Of a stretch of 64,000 nucleotides of DNA, positions 28,392-38,212 are shown piece after piece (within the stretch, counting starts at the first letter, position 1; every line of letters starts with the position of its first letter). The stretch comes from an uncultured cyanobacterium (lineage in GTDB: Bacteria; Cyanobacteriota; Cyanobacteriia; PCC-9006; JAAUQQ01): positions 5,760,001-5,824,000 of the forward strand of contig OY970368.1 of NCBI GenBank assembly GCA_963718615.1. The letters are read 5' to 3'. Made by a program: the position numbers and the translations under genes. Under the pieces are notes generated by a model, which was given only the letters and a program-made list of their open reading frames with translations, ran no database searches and had not been told where the DNA came from.

Positions 28392-30011
28392 AAGAGGGGA
28401 GACCACCGGAGCCCGAATCCGATACCAGGTGCCGCGATCGCCCTGCCGCAGGGTTTCGTATTGCTGAAAAATCCACGTCTGGAGCGCAGGACTTCGCTGG
28501 GCGATCACCGCAGCTCGATGGGTTTCAATCCAGAGGTAGGGTGGCTGAGCTTGTGCCAGTTCCGCCTGAAGCTGAACCCACTGCTCCGGCAACAAAAATT
28601 CCATCGCCCATCCGTGTAGAGAGGTCGCCTGGGTGCGTCCGGCACGGTAATAGAACAGGGGATTTCCCGCGACAAAAATTTCCCCCGGTAGGGCTGCGGG
28701 CGATCGCAAAAACGCTACCTCCCGATCCACCTCGCCATAGGTCCACTGCATGGGTGGGGCCGGCGCGAGTGCCGTCAATTGGACAGCGGCCCAGGTATTT
28801 TGCAGCGTTTGCTGAGTTTTGTGGGCGATCGCCATCAGCGGCGACCCAAAGACGAAAATTCCCACCAGTCCCCAACCCAAAATGATCCGTTTCCCCGTAG
28901 GGACGAACCGCCGTTCGTCCAGTCCCGCCCATTGCCATTGCCATTGCCCTTGACCTTGGGCAAATGCCATCACGGCCACAATTCCCCGAGCCGCCAAAAG
29001 TCCTAGGGGCACTAACAGCAGCAAAAAGTAGTACTGCCACCAAGCCTGCTTTTGCAGCAAGACCACGGCAAATCCCGAGGCGACCCACAGGATAAGGTTG
29101 ATGCCCAGCAACGTCGGTTGCCGCAGTTGGGCGATCGCCCCCACCAACCCCAACCCCAAAACCGGCGCAAACTGCTGGACAAACCAAAGCAAACTCCCCC
29201 GCAACTGCGAGATTGGAGCCCCCGGCAGCTCAGCCACAATCCGAGGGGGATAGACCCAAAAGGTTTGATAGAGCAAATCCAGACCCTGGAGCTGGGAGCC
29301 CAGGTAAAGCCCCGTGAGCACCAGCGGCAGACCAAACCCCAAGCTGAACCAGGTGGTGTGGGTCAGCCCTGCGATGAAAGGACGCCGTCGAACTAGGCTG
29401 GCGATCGCCAAACTCACCAGCCCCATGGGCAGCAAAATCAACACCAGCAGCGACTTAAATAGAACAATGACACCGCCGAGAAGTCCCGCCGCGAAAAATC
29501 GCCAACGTTGCCATCGCCCTTTGCCCTGCGCGGCCTGGGTCAGGAGCCAAAGCACTAGAAAAATGGGAGCCCCGACAAAAGCTTCAAGCTGCGTCAGATG
29601 CCAGGGGGTGGCAATGGCGTAATACATCCCCACGGTCAACAGCGGTGTGAACGCCGCAACACCCCCCAGCCAATCCCGCAGACTGACCTGCAAAAAACGC
29701 GAGAACCCCAGGAGCAGCAATAGCTCAGCCGTATGAATCCCAACCTCATTCAGGCCAAACAGCCGCCCCGCCAGGGCATAAAACCAAAAAATCCCCGGCT
29801 GCTTAATGTCCCAAAAATCGCGATACAAGACTGCGCCCTGGTTGATTTCCTGGGCACCCAGCGTAAAAAAGGCTTGGTCGCCGTCAAAGGGATAGCCTAG
29901 GTGCAATAGTCCGAGGAGGGCGATCGCCCCCAGGACAAACGCTTCAAGTTTTCGATTGCGATTGGGACCGCTAATTCCCTGCCTCTGCCCCGGCCCTTGT
30001 CCCTGAATCAT
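28389..30011 (-). CDS. Membrane glycosyltransferase, GT-C fold
   Basis: DQA.F...G..LYRDFWDIKQPG motif, multiple TMs; ATGA overlap with the upstream gene. Confidence 0.78.
   Translation of the reverse strand: MIQGQGPGQRQGISGPNRNRKLEAFVLGAIALLGLLHLGYPFDGDQAFFTLGAQEINQGAVLYRDFWDIKQPGIFWFYALAGRLFGLNEVGIHTAELLLLLGFSRFLQVSLRDWLGGVAAFTPLLTVGMYYAIATPWHLTQLEAFVGAPIFLVLWLLTQAAQGKGRWQRWRFFAAGLLGGVIVLFKSLLVLILLPMGLVSLAIASLVRRRPFIAGLTHTTWFSLGFGLPLVLTGLYLGSQLQGLDLLYQTFWVYPPRIVAELPGAPISQLRGSLLWFVQQFAPVLGLGLVGAIAQLRQPTLLGINLILWVASGFAVVLLQKQAWWQYYFLLLLVPLGLLAARGIVAVMAFAQGQGQWQWQWAGLDERRFVPTGKRIILGWGLVGIFVFGSPLMAIAHKTQQTLQNTWAAVQLTALAPAPPMQWTYGEVDREVAFLRSPAALPGEIFVAGNPLFYYRAGRTQATSLHGWAMEFLLPEQWVQLQAELAQAQPPYLWIETHRAAVIAQRSPALQTWIFQQYETLRQGDRGTWYRIRAPVVSPL
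28897..28920 (+). repeat. GTAG-type REP embedded in a coding sequence
   Basis: GTAG-GGACGAAC-CGCC-GTTCGTCC, 22/24 identical to 18741-18764. Confidence 0.7.
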
Positions 30012-31264
30012 GGTTGACTCCGCTCCGTCACCCGCCAGCCGAGTTTGAAATTGATCCAAAAATTCCAGGCTGTGACCAAGGCGATCGCTCCCAGATTGGC
30101 CAGATAGCGATTCACGCCCAGCCCTTGGCTCAGCCCCTGCAAAATCAGCAGGTTTAAGCCCAGGCCGACGAGACAAATGAGATTAAACTTCACAAAGCGT
30201 TTGAGCCGCTGTTTCCCCCTTCGTTGGTCCCGCGCCAAATCCTGAAATGTCCAGCAATCATTCCAGACAAAATTATTGACCATGGCGATTTCGGCGGCGA
30301 TCGCCTTACTGGGCAGCAGCCACCAGCCCAAACTACTGGGATCGCTCAGCAAATACAGGATCACCATATCCACGCCAACGCCGCTCAGCCCCACCAGGGC
30401 AAACCGCATAAAGCGCCCGACGGTCGTCGGCAAATTTCGGCTTTGGCGTTCTAGGCGATCGAGATAGCGTCGATAGCGATTGAGCTGCCAGAGATGCCCT
30501 AAATAATCCCAATAGGCCTGACCCGTGACTTTGCTCTCTCCCCATTGGCGGGTTTGGAAGACATAGGGAACTTCGGCAATCCGCAAAATGCCTCCCCGTC
30601 CCAGCACCTCCAGCAAAATTTTGTAGCCCGAGGGATTGAGCAACCGTTCGGCGATCGCCTGCCGCCGCACCAAAAAATAACCGCTCATGGGATCCGAAAC
30701 CCGACCCACAATCTGAGGGGCAATTAGCAAACCCAGCATTTGCGCCCCTCGGGACAAAACGCGGCGGTCCCAGCTCCAGTTGCGCATCCCGCCCCCGTTG
30801 AGGTGACGGCTGGCGATCGCCACATCAGCCCCCTCTTCTAGGGCTAAAAGCAGAGACTGCAAGGTTTCCGGCGGATGCTGCAAATCCCCATCCATAACGC
30901 CTAGCCGATCGCCACGGGCCACTTGCCAGCCTCGCAACACCGCCGTTGAAAGTCCCCGTTCCCGCTGACGTCGCATGACCCGCACGGCTGGATAGCGCTG
31001 GCTCAGGTCCAGCGCCAGTTGCCAGGTTTGGTCGGGGCTATTGTCATCAACAATGATGATTTCGTACTGAAGCGCCAGAGAAAGCGAGGTTTCCAGCAGC
31101 GCACAGAGGCGCGGAATCAGCAAGGATAAATTTTGTCGCTCGTTGTAGGTGGGGATAATTAAGGACAGCCGAATCGGTCCCTGCCCTGGAAAGGCCCGGT
31201 GATCAGCAATCCAAAAGGCCCCCGTGGGTTCTGGTAAAAGTGCGGTGGAGCGAGTAATCAGCAT
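30008..31264 (-). CDS. Polyprenol-phosphate glycosyltransferase (GT2, DPM1-like) fused to a GtrA flippase domain
   Basis: IIPTYNE, DDNSPD, MDGDLQHPPE, SDPMSGYF; C-terminal RFALVG...NNF.WN..WTF. Confidence 0.9.
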   Translation of the reverse strand: MLITRSTALLPEPTGAFWIADHRAFPGQGPIRLSLIIPTYNERQNLSLLIPRLCALLETSLSLALQYEIIIVDDNSPDQTWQLALDLSQRYPAVRVMRRQRERGLSTAVLRGWQVARGDRLGVMDGDLQHPPETLQSLLLALEEGADVAIASRHLNGGGMRNWSWDRRVLSRGAQMLGLLIAPQIVGRVSDPMSGYFLVRRQAIAERLLNPSGYKILLEVLGRGGILRIAEVPYVFQTRQWGESKVTGQAYWDYLGHLWQLNRYRRYLDRLERQSRNLPTTVGRFMRFALVGLSGVGVDMVILYLLSDPSSLGWWLLPSKAIAAEIAMVNNFVWNDCWTFQDLARDQRRGKQRLKRFVKFNLICLVGLGLNLLILQGLSQGLGVNRYLANLGAIALVTAWNFWINFKLGWRVTERSQP

Positions 31265-31362
31265 GACAAATCTCGGCGGTCAAAGATTCAGGAACAGAGC
31301 CAAGAAGTCGGGGGCAAGCAAGAAACCCTGCAATTCGGCAACACCACGAGGGCAAGTGTGGG

Positions 31363-32220
31363 TTAGAGACGTTTCTGGTAAATGGCCCAGAATAAATCCT
31401 CAGCGGGATAAGGGATTTCGAGATTGTCGGGAATCAGCTTCAGCAACTGAGCGGGCAAAATTCCCCACCAGTGGGTTTTGAGCTTGTACCCCAGCAGTGA
31501 CTTGGCATGGGCTCCATTGAGCGCCTTCGCCGGACGGCCCTGGGCCAGGGGCTCAAAGCCAAACTGCCGCGCATAGCGACCCAAATCCTCCGGAGCAAAC
31601 CAGCGCAGAACGCTGGGGGGACTATACTCGTGCCAATGGGAGCCCAGAATGCGAGCGGTCCAACTGTTCCGATTCCAGCTTTCGATTAGCCAATATCCGC
31701 CGGGCTTGGTGGCTTCGCTGGCAATTTGGAAGGCTTGCTGGATGTCGTAGAAATGGCCGACCACCTGGATCATACTGACGAGGTCAAACTGGCAATCGCT
31801 ACTCAAATGTTCCAGCGGTCCCGTTTGGATAGGGAGGTTGAGCTGCGATCGCCCATACTCTGCCATCCGGCCATTGGGCTCAATGCCTTGGCCTTTCCAG
31901 CCCGATTCCACAAAACCTTGCAGAATGAATCCCGCTGCTGCCCCTACATCCAGCATCACTCCCGGTTCAACGCCATGGCGTTGGAGGATTTGGGCGTAGC
32001 GCCGCCCATGACGCCGCAGTAATTTACCCTCTTCGAGATAGTTGGGATAACCTGCGCCGCCGCCTTGGAAATAGCTATCGTCGTAGACTTCCTGAAGATG
32101 TTGGTGCAAATGGGGCGGGAGCTCGATAAACCGATGGCCACAGTTTCGGCAGCCATGGATGAGATGGCCATATTTTTCCAAGATCGGTCGGCTGGGTCGG
32201 AGACAGAGGGGACAGGACAT
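31363..32220 (-). CDS. Class I SAM-dependent methyltransferase with N-terminal Zn-ribbon (alternative start 32343)
   Basis: CPLC...CRNCG; LDVGAAAG; KPGG. Confidence 0.82.
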   Translation of the reverse strand: MSCPLCLRPSRPILEKYGHLIHGCRNCGHRFIELPPHLHQHLQEVYDDSYFQGGGAGYPNYLEEGKLLRRHGRRYAQILQRHGVEPGVMLDVGAAAGFILQGFVESGWKGQGIEPNGRMAEYGRSQLNLPIQTGPLEHLSSDCQFDLVSMIQVVGHFYDIQQAFQIASEATKPGGYWLIESWNRNSWTARILGSHWHEYSPPSVLRWFAPEDLGRYARQFGFEPLAQGRPAKALNGAHAKSLLGYKLKTHWWGILPAQLLKLIPDNLEIPYPAEDLFWAIYQKRL

Positions 32221-32409
32221 TTTGCCCAGGAAGGGGTTGGGAATGTGGGCAGTTGAGGCCGTGAGAACGGGGTGGGAGGAGCGGTGGGCGATCGCCGAGT
32301 TCAGGGCCGAGTTCAGGGCCGAGTTGAGAGTCGTTTTGGGCATAACAAGCGAGGGTAATTGTTTGGCCAGAGGCAAACTTTGGATCCTCGATTGGGGGCA
32401 AATCTCGGG

Positions 32410-32450
32410 CAGGAAACGGAAATGACAGGAAACGGAAATTCAGGAAACAG
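32410..32450. repeat. Tandem repeat, ~16 bp x2.6 (CAGGAAACGGAAAT)
   Basis: Read directly. Confidence 0.85.
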
Positions 32451-32494
32451 AGAATCGATGATTGAGTCTAGGACCAACCGTTAACCCATAAAAA

Positions 32495-33871
32495 TCATCT
32501 GGAAATCATCGGAACCGGAGCGGTGGCAGTGCCCAGTTGCAGCAGCTTGCGCAGTTTGCGCTGGGTTCGCCAGTAGACATCTTCCATCAGTGCATGGGAA
32601 AACTCGCCGTTGCGACCGATGGTGTAGAGGCCATCAATGCCGGTGGTGTGCTCCCACTGCCGCCGGGTTTCCTCGTAGGTATTGAGGTAGACCGGGTAGG
32701 CAAAGGGCGTGCGCAAAACGCGACAGCCCAAATACCGCTGGCGAATATCGGGAATCAGGGGCTTGAGATCTTCCAGACAGCTTTCTCCCAGGGCTTCGTC
32801 ATCCATGGACCAGAGGCGATCGCCCTTCTCGCAGCCAATATCCACGGTGATCAGCGTCTTACCCGCCGGGGCCAGCCAGGGCATGGAAATCGTTGTTTCC
32901 GTAATCCGGAACGTGGTAAATCCCTTTTCCGGTAGCCAAATCACTGTGTCCTTGAGCAAGCCCCGACCCTCCAGCCGCAGATTGACAAACACCATGGGCC
33001 GATAGCGAAACTGGGTAAGGGGTTGGAGGCGATCGCTCCCCCGCACCATCCGGGCCAAAATATGGCAGGGAGCTGTGCTAATCACCGCTGATACCGGCTG
33101 TTCCTGGCCCTTGACCTGCACGGCTTTAACCTGATTGTCTTCCACCCAAATGCCTTCCACCGGCGACTCTAGCTGAATAAAGTCGTCCAGACCCTCCGCC
33201 AGCTTTTGGCAGAGCAGACCCACGCCACCTTCCGGGTAGACATGCCACACATGGGGATTTTCCAGAATTTCGTGGCTATAGCCGCAGCCGACGGCTCGCT
33301 GGGTCGCTCGGGCGGTGGCCCGCAGACGTAGGGTTTTACCGATGGAGTTTTGCATTTTGTCACCGACGGAGGCAGCGAGTTCCGTTGCTGGAACCCCAGA
33401 CCAGGCTTCTAGCAGCGGTAAAGCGACTTCGTTGGCCAAGGTGTGACCGTAGTTGCGTCGGAACCATTCGGCGGCGGAGCTGTACTGGCGGTGTTTGGAG
33501 GTGGGGCGGAGCTGACTGGCAATGCCGCTGGCGGCGTAGCGGGGGGATTTGAGTAGGCCGAAGGGATAGCTGTAGGTGCGATCGCCTATAAACACGCTTT
33601 CGCCGTAGTACTTGACCGTGCGGCACTGGTGACCTACGCCGATCGCTGCTGCCAGCCGATTGTTAATAAAGTGCGCGCCAAAATCGTAGGAAAAGCCGTC
33701 ATCGTCGTGGAAGCTGGTAGCCATTCCCGCAACTTTATCGTTCGCTTCGTAAAGGACAAACGGAACCCCGTGACGGTGCAAAAACGCAGCGGCGGTGAGA
33801 CCAGCAGGGCCTCCTCCAATGATGGCGATGGGGTTGGTGGAAGGGCTGTGGTCTGGATGGGTAGCAATCAT
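32495..33871 (-). CDS. FAD-dependent oxidoreductase (HemY/UDP-galactopyranose-mutase-like superfamily)
   Basis: IIGGGPAGL, D.GAH, AYPVY, GRNGEF. Confidence 0.82.
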   Translation of the reverse strand: MIATHPDHSPSTNPIAIIGGGPAGLTAAAFLHRHGVPFVLYEANDKVAGMATSFHDDDGFSYDFGAHFINNRLAAAIGVGHQCRTVKYYGESVFIGDRTYSYPFGLLKSPRYAASGIASQLRPTSKHRQYSSAAEWFRRNYGHTLANEVALPLLEAWSGVPATELAASVGDKMQNSIGKTLRLRATARATQRAVGCGYSHEILENPHVWHVYPEGGVGLLCQKLAEGLDDFIQLESPVEGIWVEDNQVKAVQVKGQEQPVSAVISTAPCHILARMVRGSDRLQPLTQFRYRPMVFVNLRLEGRGLLKDTVIWLPEKGFTTFRITETTISMPWLAPAGKTLITVDIGCEKGDRLWSMDDEALGESCLEDLKPLIPDIRQRYLGCRVLRTPFAYPVYLNTYEETRRQWEHTTGIDGLYTIGRNGEFSHALMEDVYWRTQRKLRKLLQLGTATAPVPMISR

Positions 33872-33900
33872 GGCAATTTCCCTCTGTGTCGATGTCCCAA

Positions 33901-33961
33901 TTTCTCAAACTGGTCTCTCAAGCTGTCTTCTCAAGCTGGTTTCGCAAACTGCTTTCTCAAG
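33901..33961. repeat. Degenerate tandem repeat, 13 bp x ~4.7 (TTCTCAAGCTGGT-like)
   Basis: Read directly. Confidence 0.8.
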
Positions 33962-33968
33962 TCGAGTT

Positions 33969-34973
33969 TCAAAGCGGACGGCGCAACGTTGCCCGCAGCA
34001 GTGCCCCATGACCCAGGGCCTGATGAATCCGGTCAAACAGCGTAAAAATGCCAAGGGAGAGCGTCGATTCCAGGCTGAATTGGTTCACCAGCCAAGCGGG
34101 TGCCTGCCAGTCCACGAGCCAATTGCGAATGGAATAGACCCAGTTCACCGGACTGACAATGGTTTGCAGTTGAACCACGTCCATCTCGGTATTGCGGGCC
34201 AGCCGCCGTAGCGTCCCCGGACTAAACAAATTCCAGTGGCGGGGAAAGTGATAGCCGCCCCAGTGACGATGGCGGAAAATCTTGAAGTCGAGGGTGTCGG
34301 TGTTGTCGGTGACGATGACCAGTCGCCCACCGGGTTTGAGCAGACGACGCACGGCCCGAATCACTGCCGCTGGCTCATCCACATGTTCCAGTGTGGCGAT
34401 CATGAAGGCGAGGTCGTACTGTTGCTCCGGCAAATCGACGGTTTGGATGATGCCCTGGTGGAGGGTCAACCCCTGATGCTGACCCCTGGCGACGGCGCGA
34501 TCGCTCATATCAACCCCTTCGAGCTGCCAGGTCTTTTTGCCAAACTCCCGCAGCAGCTTGAGATGAAACCCATCGCCACAACCCACATCCAAAATCCGCG
34601 CCGTAGGACTCAGCCCCTGACAAGCTGCCAACAGCCGCTTCGCCTCTAGCCGTTTCCGCACCTGGTAGACAAAGCCATAGCGCTCCTCGGAAAAATCGAA
34701 GGCGTGGTAGTCCGCCGGATAAATGCGGTCGAGGCTGGCGAGGCTGGGGCGAGGGTTGAGGTAAACCAAACCGCAGACTCGGCATTGCACCGCCAGAAAT
34801 GTATCCACACTGGTGCGGTATTCGAAGTCTTCGCCCACAGCCAGGGGCTCGGCATCATCGGAACCGCAGCAGCAGCAACAGACAGTTTCCTGGGGAAGGG
34901 GGCGATCGCCCCCCGCCCGGTGGGGCGCTCCCGCCAGGGGAATCGAAAGCAGGGGAGGGTTAGAGAGGGTCAT
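33969..34973 (-). CDS. Class I SAM-dependent methyltransferase with N-terminal Zn-ribbon
   Basis: CCCCCG...CRVCGLVYLNP; ILDVGCGDG; LEH; LKPGG. Confidence 0.85.
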   Translation of the reverse strand: MTLSNPPLLSIPLAGAPHRAGGDRPLPQETVCCCCCGSDDAEPLAVGEDFEYRTSVDTFLAVQCRVCGLVYLNPRPSLASLDRIYPADYHAFDFSEERYGFVYQVRKRLEAKRLLAACQGLSPTARILDVGCGDGFHLKLLREFGKKTWQLEGVDMSDRAVARGQHQGLTLHQGIIQTVDLPEQQYDLAFMIATLEHVDEPAAVIRAVRRLLKPGGRLVIVTDNTDTLDFKIFRHRHWGGYHFPRHWNLFSPGTLRRLARNTEMDVVQLQTIVSPVNWVYSIRNWLVDWQAPAWLVNQFSLESTLSLGIFTLFDRIHQALGHGALLRATLRRPL

Positions 34974-34994
34974 AGGCCAAAGTAGGAGGGGATA

Positions 34995-36395
34995 TCAAAC
35001 CAGGGTCTGTTTACGGGCAGCAGCAGGGCTCGACAACAGCGAGGGTATCGCCCGTTCCGCCAGCTTCAGCGTGTCGTTGACATTCAGCGTGGCATTGACG
35101 ATGTGGGCGGAGTTGACGATGTGCAGCCCCGGCACGGAGGTGTGCATGGGGGGCAGCTTTTGGGAGTAGCCTAGGGTGGCCAAGGCCATGACGTATTTCA
35201 CCCGCGACACCTGAAACGCCAGGACATCGCTGGGGTGAAACGCCGGGTACATCCGCGCCAGCCCTTGCAAAAAGTCTTGCTTGAGGGCGGCATCAGGAAG
35301 TTGGAGCACCGGGTCATCCGAGGGCACATACTTGGGCAAATAGACCAAACTGCGCCCATGGAATTCCTGGGGATCCACAAGGGTTGTCATTTCAATCACG
35401 CCGGTAAAGGGCAAGCCTTCGTCGGTGATATTGGTGACGTAGTAGCTAGATAGGGGCTTTTTGAGCAGAAGCGAGGCGCAGACGATGCCTTGGTATTCGA
35501 TGCCACGATGGAGTTCGGTTTCAACCGGCGTGAGACCGCCACAGAGATCGGCGGCGATCGCCCCCGGCACGGTCAAAACCACCTGGTCAAAGGTTTCCTG
35601 GCGACCATTGGCAAATTCGATGCAGACGCGATCGCTCAAGGTCGAAAACACCTGCCGCGCCCCATGACCCAGCCGAACATCCACGCCTTCTTGTCGTAAC
35701 ACCTCGCCAAATCGAGACAGGATGCGGTGATAGCCACCGGGAAGGTAGCCAAACATCTCTTCCTTCAGACCGGCGGAGCGGGCCGCGTAGAGACGGGCGA
35801 TGGTGGCCCAGATAAACGCCGCCGATGCTTTTTTGTAATTGGGTCCTAGCTTGGACCGCAGCAGCGGTAGCCAAAACTTCCGGAAGGTTCGGCGTCCCGA
35901 CCAGCGACAGAGCCAGTCCACCACCGAAATTTCTTCGAGCTTGGACCCGTCCTTGATTTTGGAGCCGTACCAAATCGTCAATGCCAGCCGCAGTTTGTCG
36001 AGCCAACCCAGGGCCGGAAACTGTAAAAACTCCACGGCATTGGAGACCGAGTAAAGTTCGCCGTTGGCATAGACGCCGGTTTTGGTTTTGCGCCAAGCCA
36101 TGTCTTGCTCTAAACCCAGCTCCTGGAGGAGCGATCGCACCTGCAAATCCGACAGCAAGGTGACGTGGTAATGCCGGTCCCAGGTCACTGGATGGGTCTC
36201 TGGACCAAATTGCCAAGCACTGGCGAGGCCGCCGAGGCGATCGCCCCGTTCAAACAGCGTCACCTGTTTACCCGCTTGGGCCAGCCGATGGGCCAGGGTC
36301 ATCCCCAAAATGCCGCCACCCACCACAGCCCAGCGTTCTGCGGGCATCGGTTGCCTGGACGTCGGTTGCATAGAAGACTGAGAAAAGTTAGCCAT
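34995..36395 (-). CDS. FAD-dependent oxidoreductase (amine-oxidase/HemY-like family found in glycosylation loci)
   Basis: VVGGGILG, GGLA, DRHYH, GYLPGG. Confidence 0.82.
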   Translation of the reverse strand: MANFSQSSMQPTSRQPMPAERWAVVGGGILGMTLAHRLAQAGKQVTLFERGDRLGGLASAWQFGPETHPVTWDRHYHVTLLSDLQVRSLLQELGLEQDMAWRKTKTGVYANGELYSVSNAVEFLQFPALGWLDKLRLALTIWYGSKIKDGSKLEEISVVDWLCRWSGRRTFRKFWLPLLRSKLGPNYKKASAAFIWATIARLYAARSAGLKEEMFGYLPGGYHRILSRFGEVLRQEGVDVRLGHGARQVFSTLSDRVCIEFANGRQETFDQVVLTVPGAIAADLCGGLTPVETELHRGIEYQGIVCASLLLKKPLSSYYVTNITDEGLPFTGVIEMTTLVDPQEFHGRSLVYLPKYVPSDDPVLQLPDAALKQDFLQGLARMYPAFHPSDVLAFQVSRVKYVMALATLGYSQKLPPMHTSVPGLHIVNSAHIVNATLNVNDTLKLAERAIPSLLSSPAAARKQTLV

Positions 36396-36417
36396 AGAAA
36401 ATCCCTAGACCCCATTG

Positions 36418-37071
36418 CTAGGCGGATGTAGTGCTCGGTGGATGCAGTTCCGTGACGACGCGATCGCGAATCTGATAATCCAACCCACACCGCTGACAGA
36501 CGACGGTTTCCTCAAACTGCTCCACCGTGGGAAATCGCATCAGCGGCTCGCCGCAGCGGCAGACGGCTCCCACCGACCGGGCCGGAACGCCGTAGGCCAA
36601 ATGGAAATCGGGAATGGATTGGGTTACCACCGAGCCCATGCCCACTAGGGCAAATCGGCCAATTTCCAAGTCGTTGCCAATGGTGCAATGGGCTCCGAGG
36701 GTTGCCCCTTCCCGCACCCGCGTTGGCAAGGTGTGTTCGTCGGGGGCGGAACTATAGAGTTCTTGCAAATCCGTGGTTGTGGCGCGGGGGAAGCGATCGT
36801 TGGTGAAAATCGTTCCGGCGCTGACCATGACGCCGTCTTCAATCGTGACCCCATTGCAGATATAGACGAAGGCGTTGATTTTGACCCGATTACCGATTTG
36901 AACTTCATAGGCGATGTAGCTTTTACCGCCGACGATGCAGTCTTCTCCTAGGGTGGTGGAGTGGCGAATGTGGGCGTTGTCCCAGACGGACGTACCGGGA
37001 CCGAGGGTGACACCCGCTTCGACGACAGCGGTGGGGTGGATCCGAACGGGCTTGGCCAAGGCGATCGTCAT
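36418..37071 (-). CDS. Hexapeptide-repeat N-acetyltransferase (WbpD-like)
   Basis: IHPTAVV, FTND..PR, G.PAR, C-terminal CRCG...CQRCG. Confidence 0.88.
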   Translation of the reverse strand: MTIALAKPVRIHPTAVVEAGVTLGPGTSVWDNAHIRHSTTLGEDCIVGGKSYIAYEVQIGNRVKINAFVYICNGVTIEDGVMVSAGTIFTNDRFPRATTTDLQELYSSAPDEHTLPTRVREGATLGAHCTIGNDLEIGRFALVGMGSVVTQSIPDFHLAYGVPARSVGAVCRCGEPLMRFPTVEQFEETVVCQRCGLDYQIRDRVVTELHPPSTTSA

Positions 37072-38174
37072 GAGGCGACTCCTGCCAGGGCTTGGCCATT
37101 TTGTCCGGCAGCACCATGTCCGGTGGCACCATGTCCGGTGGCACCATGAGTGCTGGGCTCCAGGGTTTCGCTAAAGTGGCTGATTTGGATCCAGTTGCTG
37201 CGGTTGAGGGATTCGTAGGCGGCGTTGATCACCTCGACGGAGGCGATCGCATCTGCCGCCGTAATCAGCAGGGCTTCCTGGCCCAAGATCGCCCGTGAGA
37301 AATTCTCCAGTTGGCGCGCAAAGGACTTGAGTTTGCTGTAGCCCGTGCCGAAGACAATCCAGTCTTGGCTGCTAGCCTGACGATATTTTGATTCCTTCCA
37401 GCCCACGGAAACTGTGCCGTTGGAGCCATAGATCCGAATAAAATGCTCCAGATCCTTGTTGATACTCCAGGACAGGTCGATGTTGCCCATGACGCCCTGG
37501 GTGCTCTTGACGAAAATCCGCACCGTATCTTCAACGGGCAGCCCTTGAATCCGCTTGCCTTCAACCACGCTGACCTCCGCCAAGGGACCGAGGAAATAGC
37601 GCATGATATCGACGGAGTGGGTGCCGTTGTCGATCAGGACGCCGCCGCCGCTGATAGCCGGGTTGGCGTTCCAGCGGTTGGACATATCCACACGGGCGGT
37701 AAAGGCATTTTCGAACAGGACAATATCGCCCAAAATGCCTGACTGGACAATGCTCTTGGCCTTAATGACATCGTCCACATAACGAAATTTGGAGGCCATG
37801 GTGAGCAATACGCCCTGCTGCCGTGCCGCTTCATGCATCTGCTGGGCACTGCTCAGGTCGATGCTAAAAGGCTTTTCGCAGAGCACATGAACGCCCTGCT
37901 CGATGAAATACAAGGCGATTTCCGGATGAGTAATCGGCGGTGTGCAGAGGATGACGGCATCGAGATCCAGGGCCTCCGCCATGGCTTTGTAGTCGGTGAA
38001 GCTTTGGCACTGGGCGCTTTCCGCCATGGCTTTGGCTGCTTCGGGACGGATGTCTGCAACGCCGACGAGTTGGGCGATCGCCACCCCCTCAAAGGCTTGG
38101 GCATGGGCCTGGGCGATCGCCCCCGCTCCAATAATGGCGAAATTTAACGAAGATCTAGAAGTTGATGAAGTCAT
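37068..38174 (-). CDS. Gfo/Idh/MocA oxidoreductase (WbpB/GnnA-like sugar 3-dehydrogenase)
   Basis: IIGAGAIA, HVLCEKP, GGGVLIDNGTH..D. Confidence 0.88.
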   Translation of the reverse strand: MTSSTSRSSLNFAIIGAGAIAQAHAQAFEGVAIAQLVGVADIRPEAAKAMAESAQCQSFTDYKAMAEALDLDAVILCTPPITHPEIALYFIEQGVHVLCEKPFSIDLSSAQQMHEAARQQGVLLTMASKFRYVDDVIKAKSIVQSGILGDIVLFENAFTARVDMSNRWNANPAISGGGVLIDNGTHSVDIMRYFLGPLAEVSVVEGKRIQGLPVEDTVRIFVKSTQGVMGNIDLSWSINKDLEHFIRIYGSNGTVSVGWKESKYRQASSQDWIVFGTGYSKLKSFARQLENFSRAILGQEALLITAADAIASVEVINAAYESLNRSNWIQISHFSETLEPSTHGATGHGATGHGAAGQNGQALAGVAS

Positions 38175-38212
38175 GGAAGTTGCTGAGTTGAGTAGTGAAT
38201 TCGTGCAGTGAA

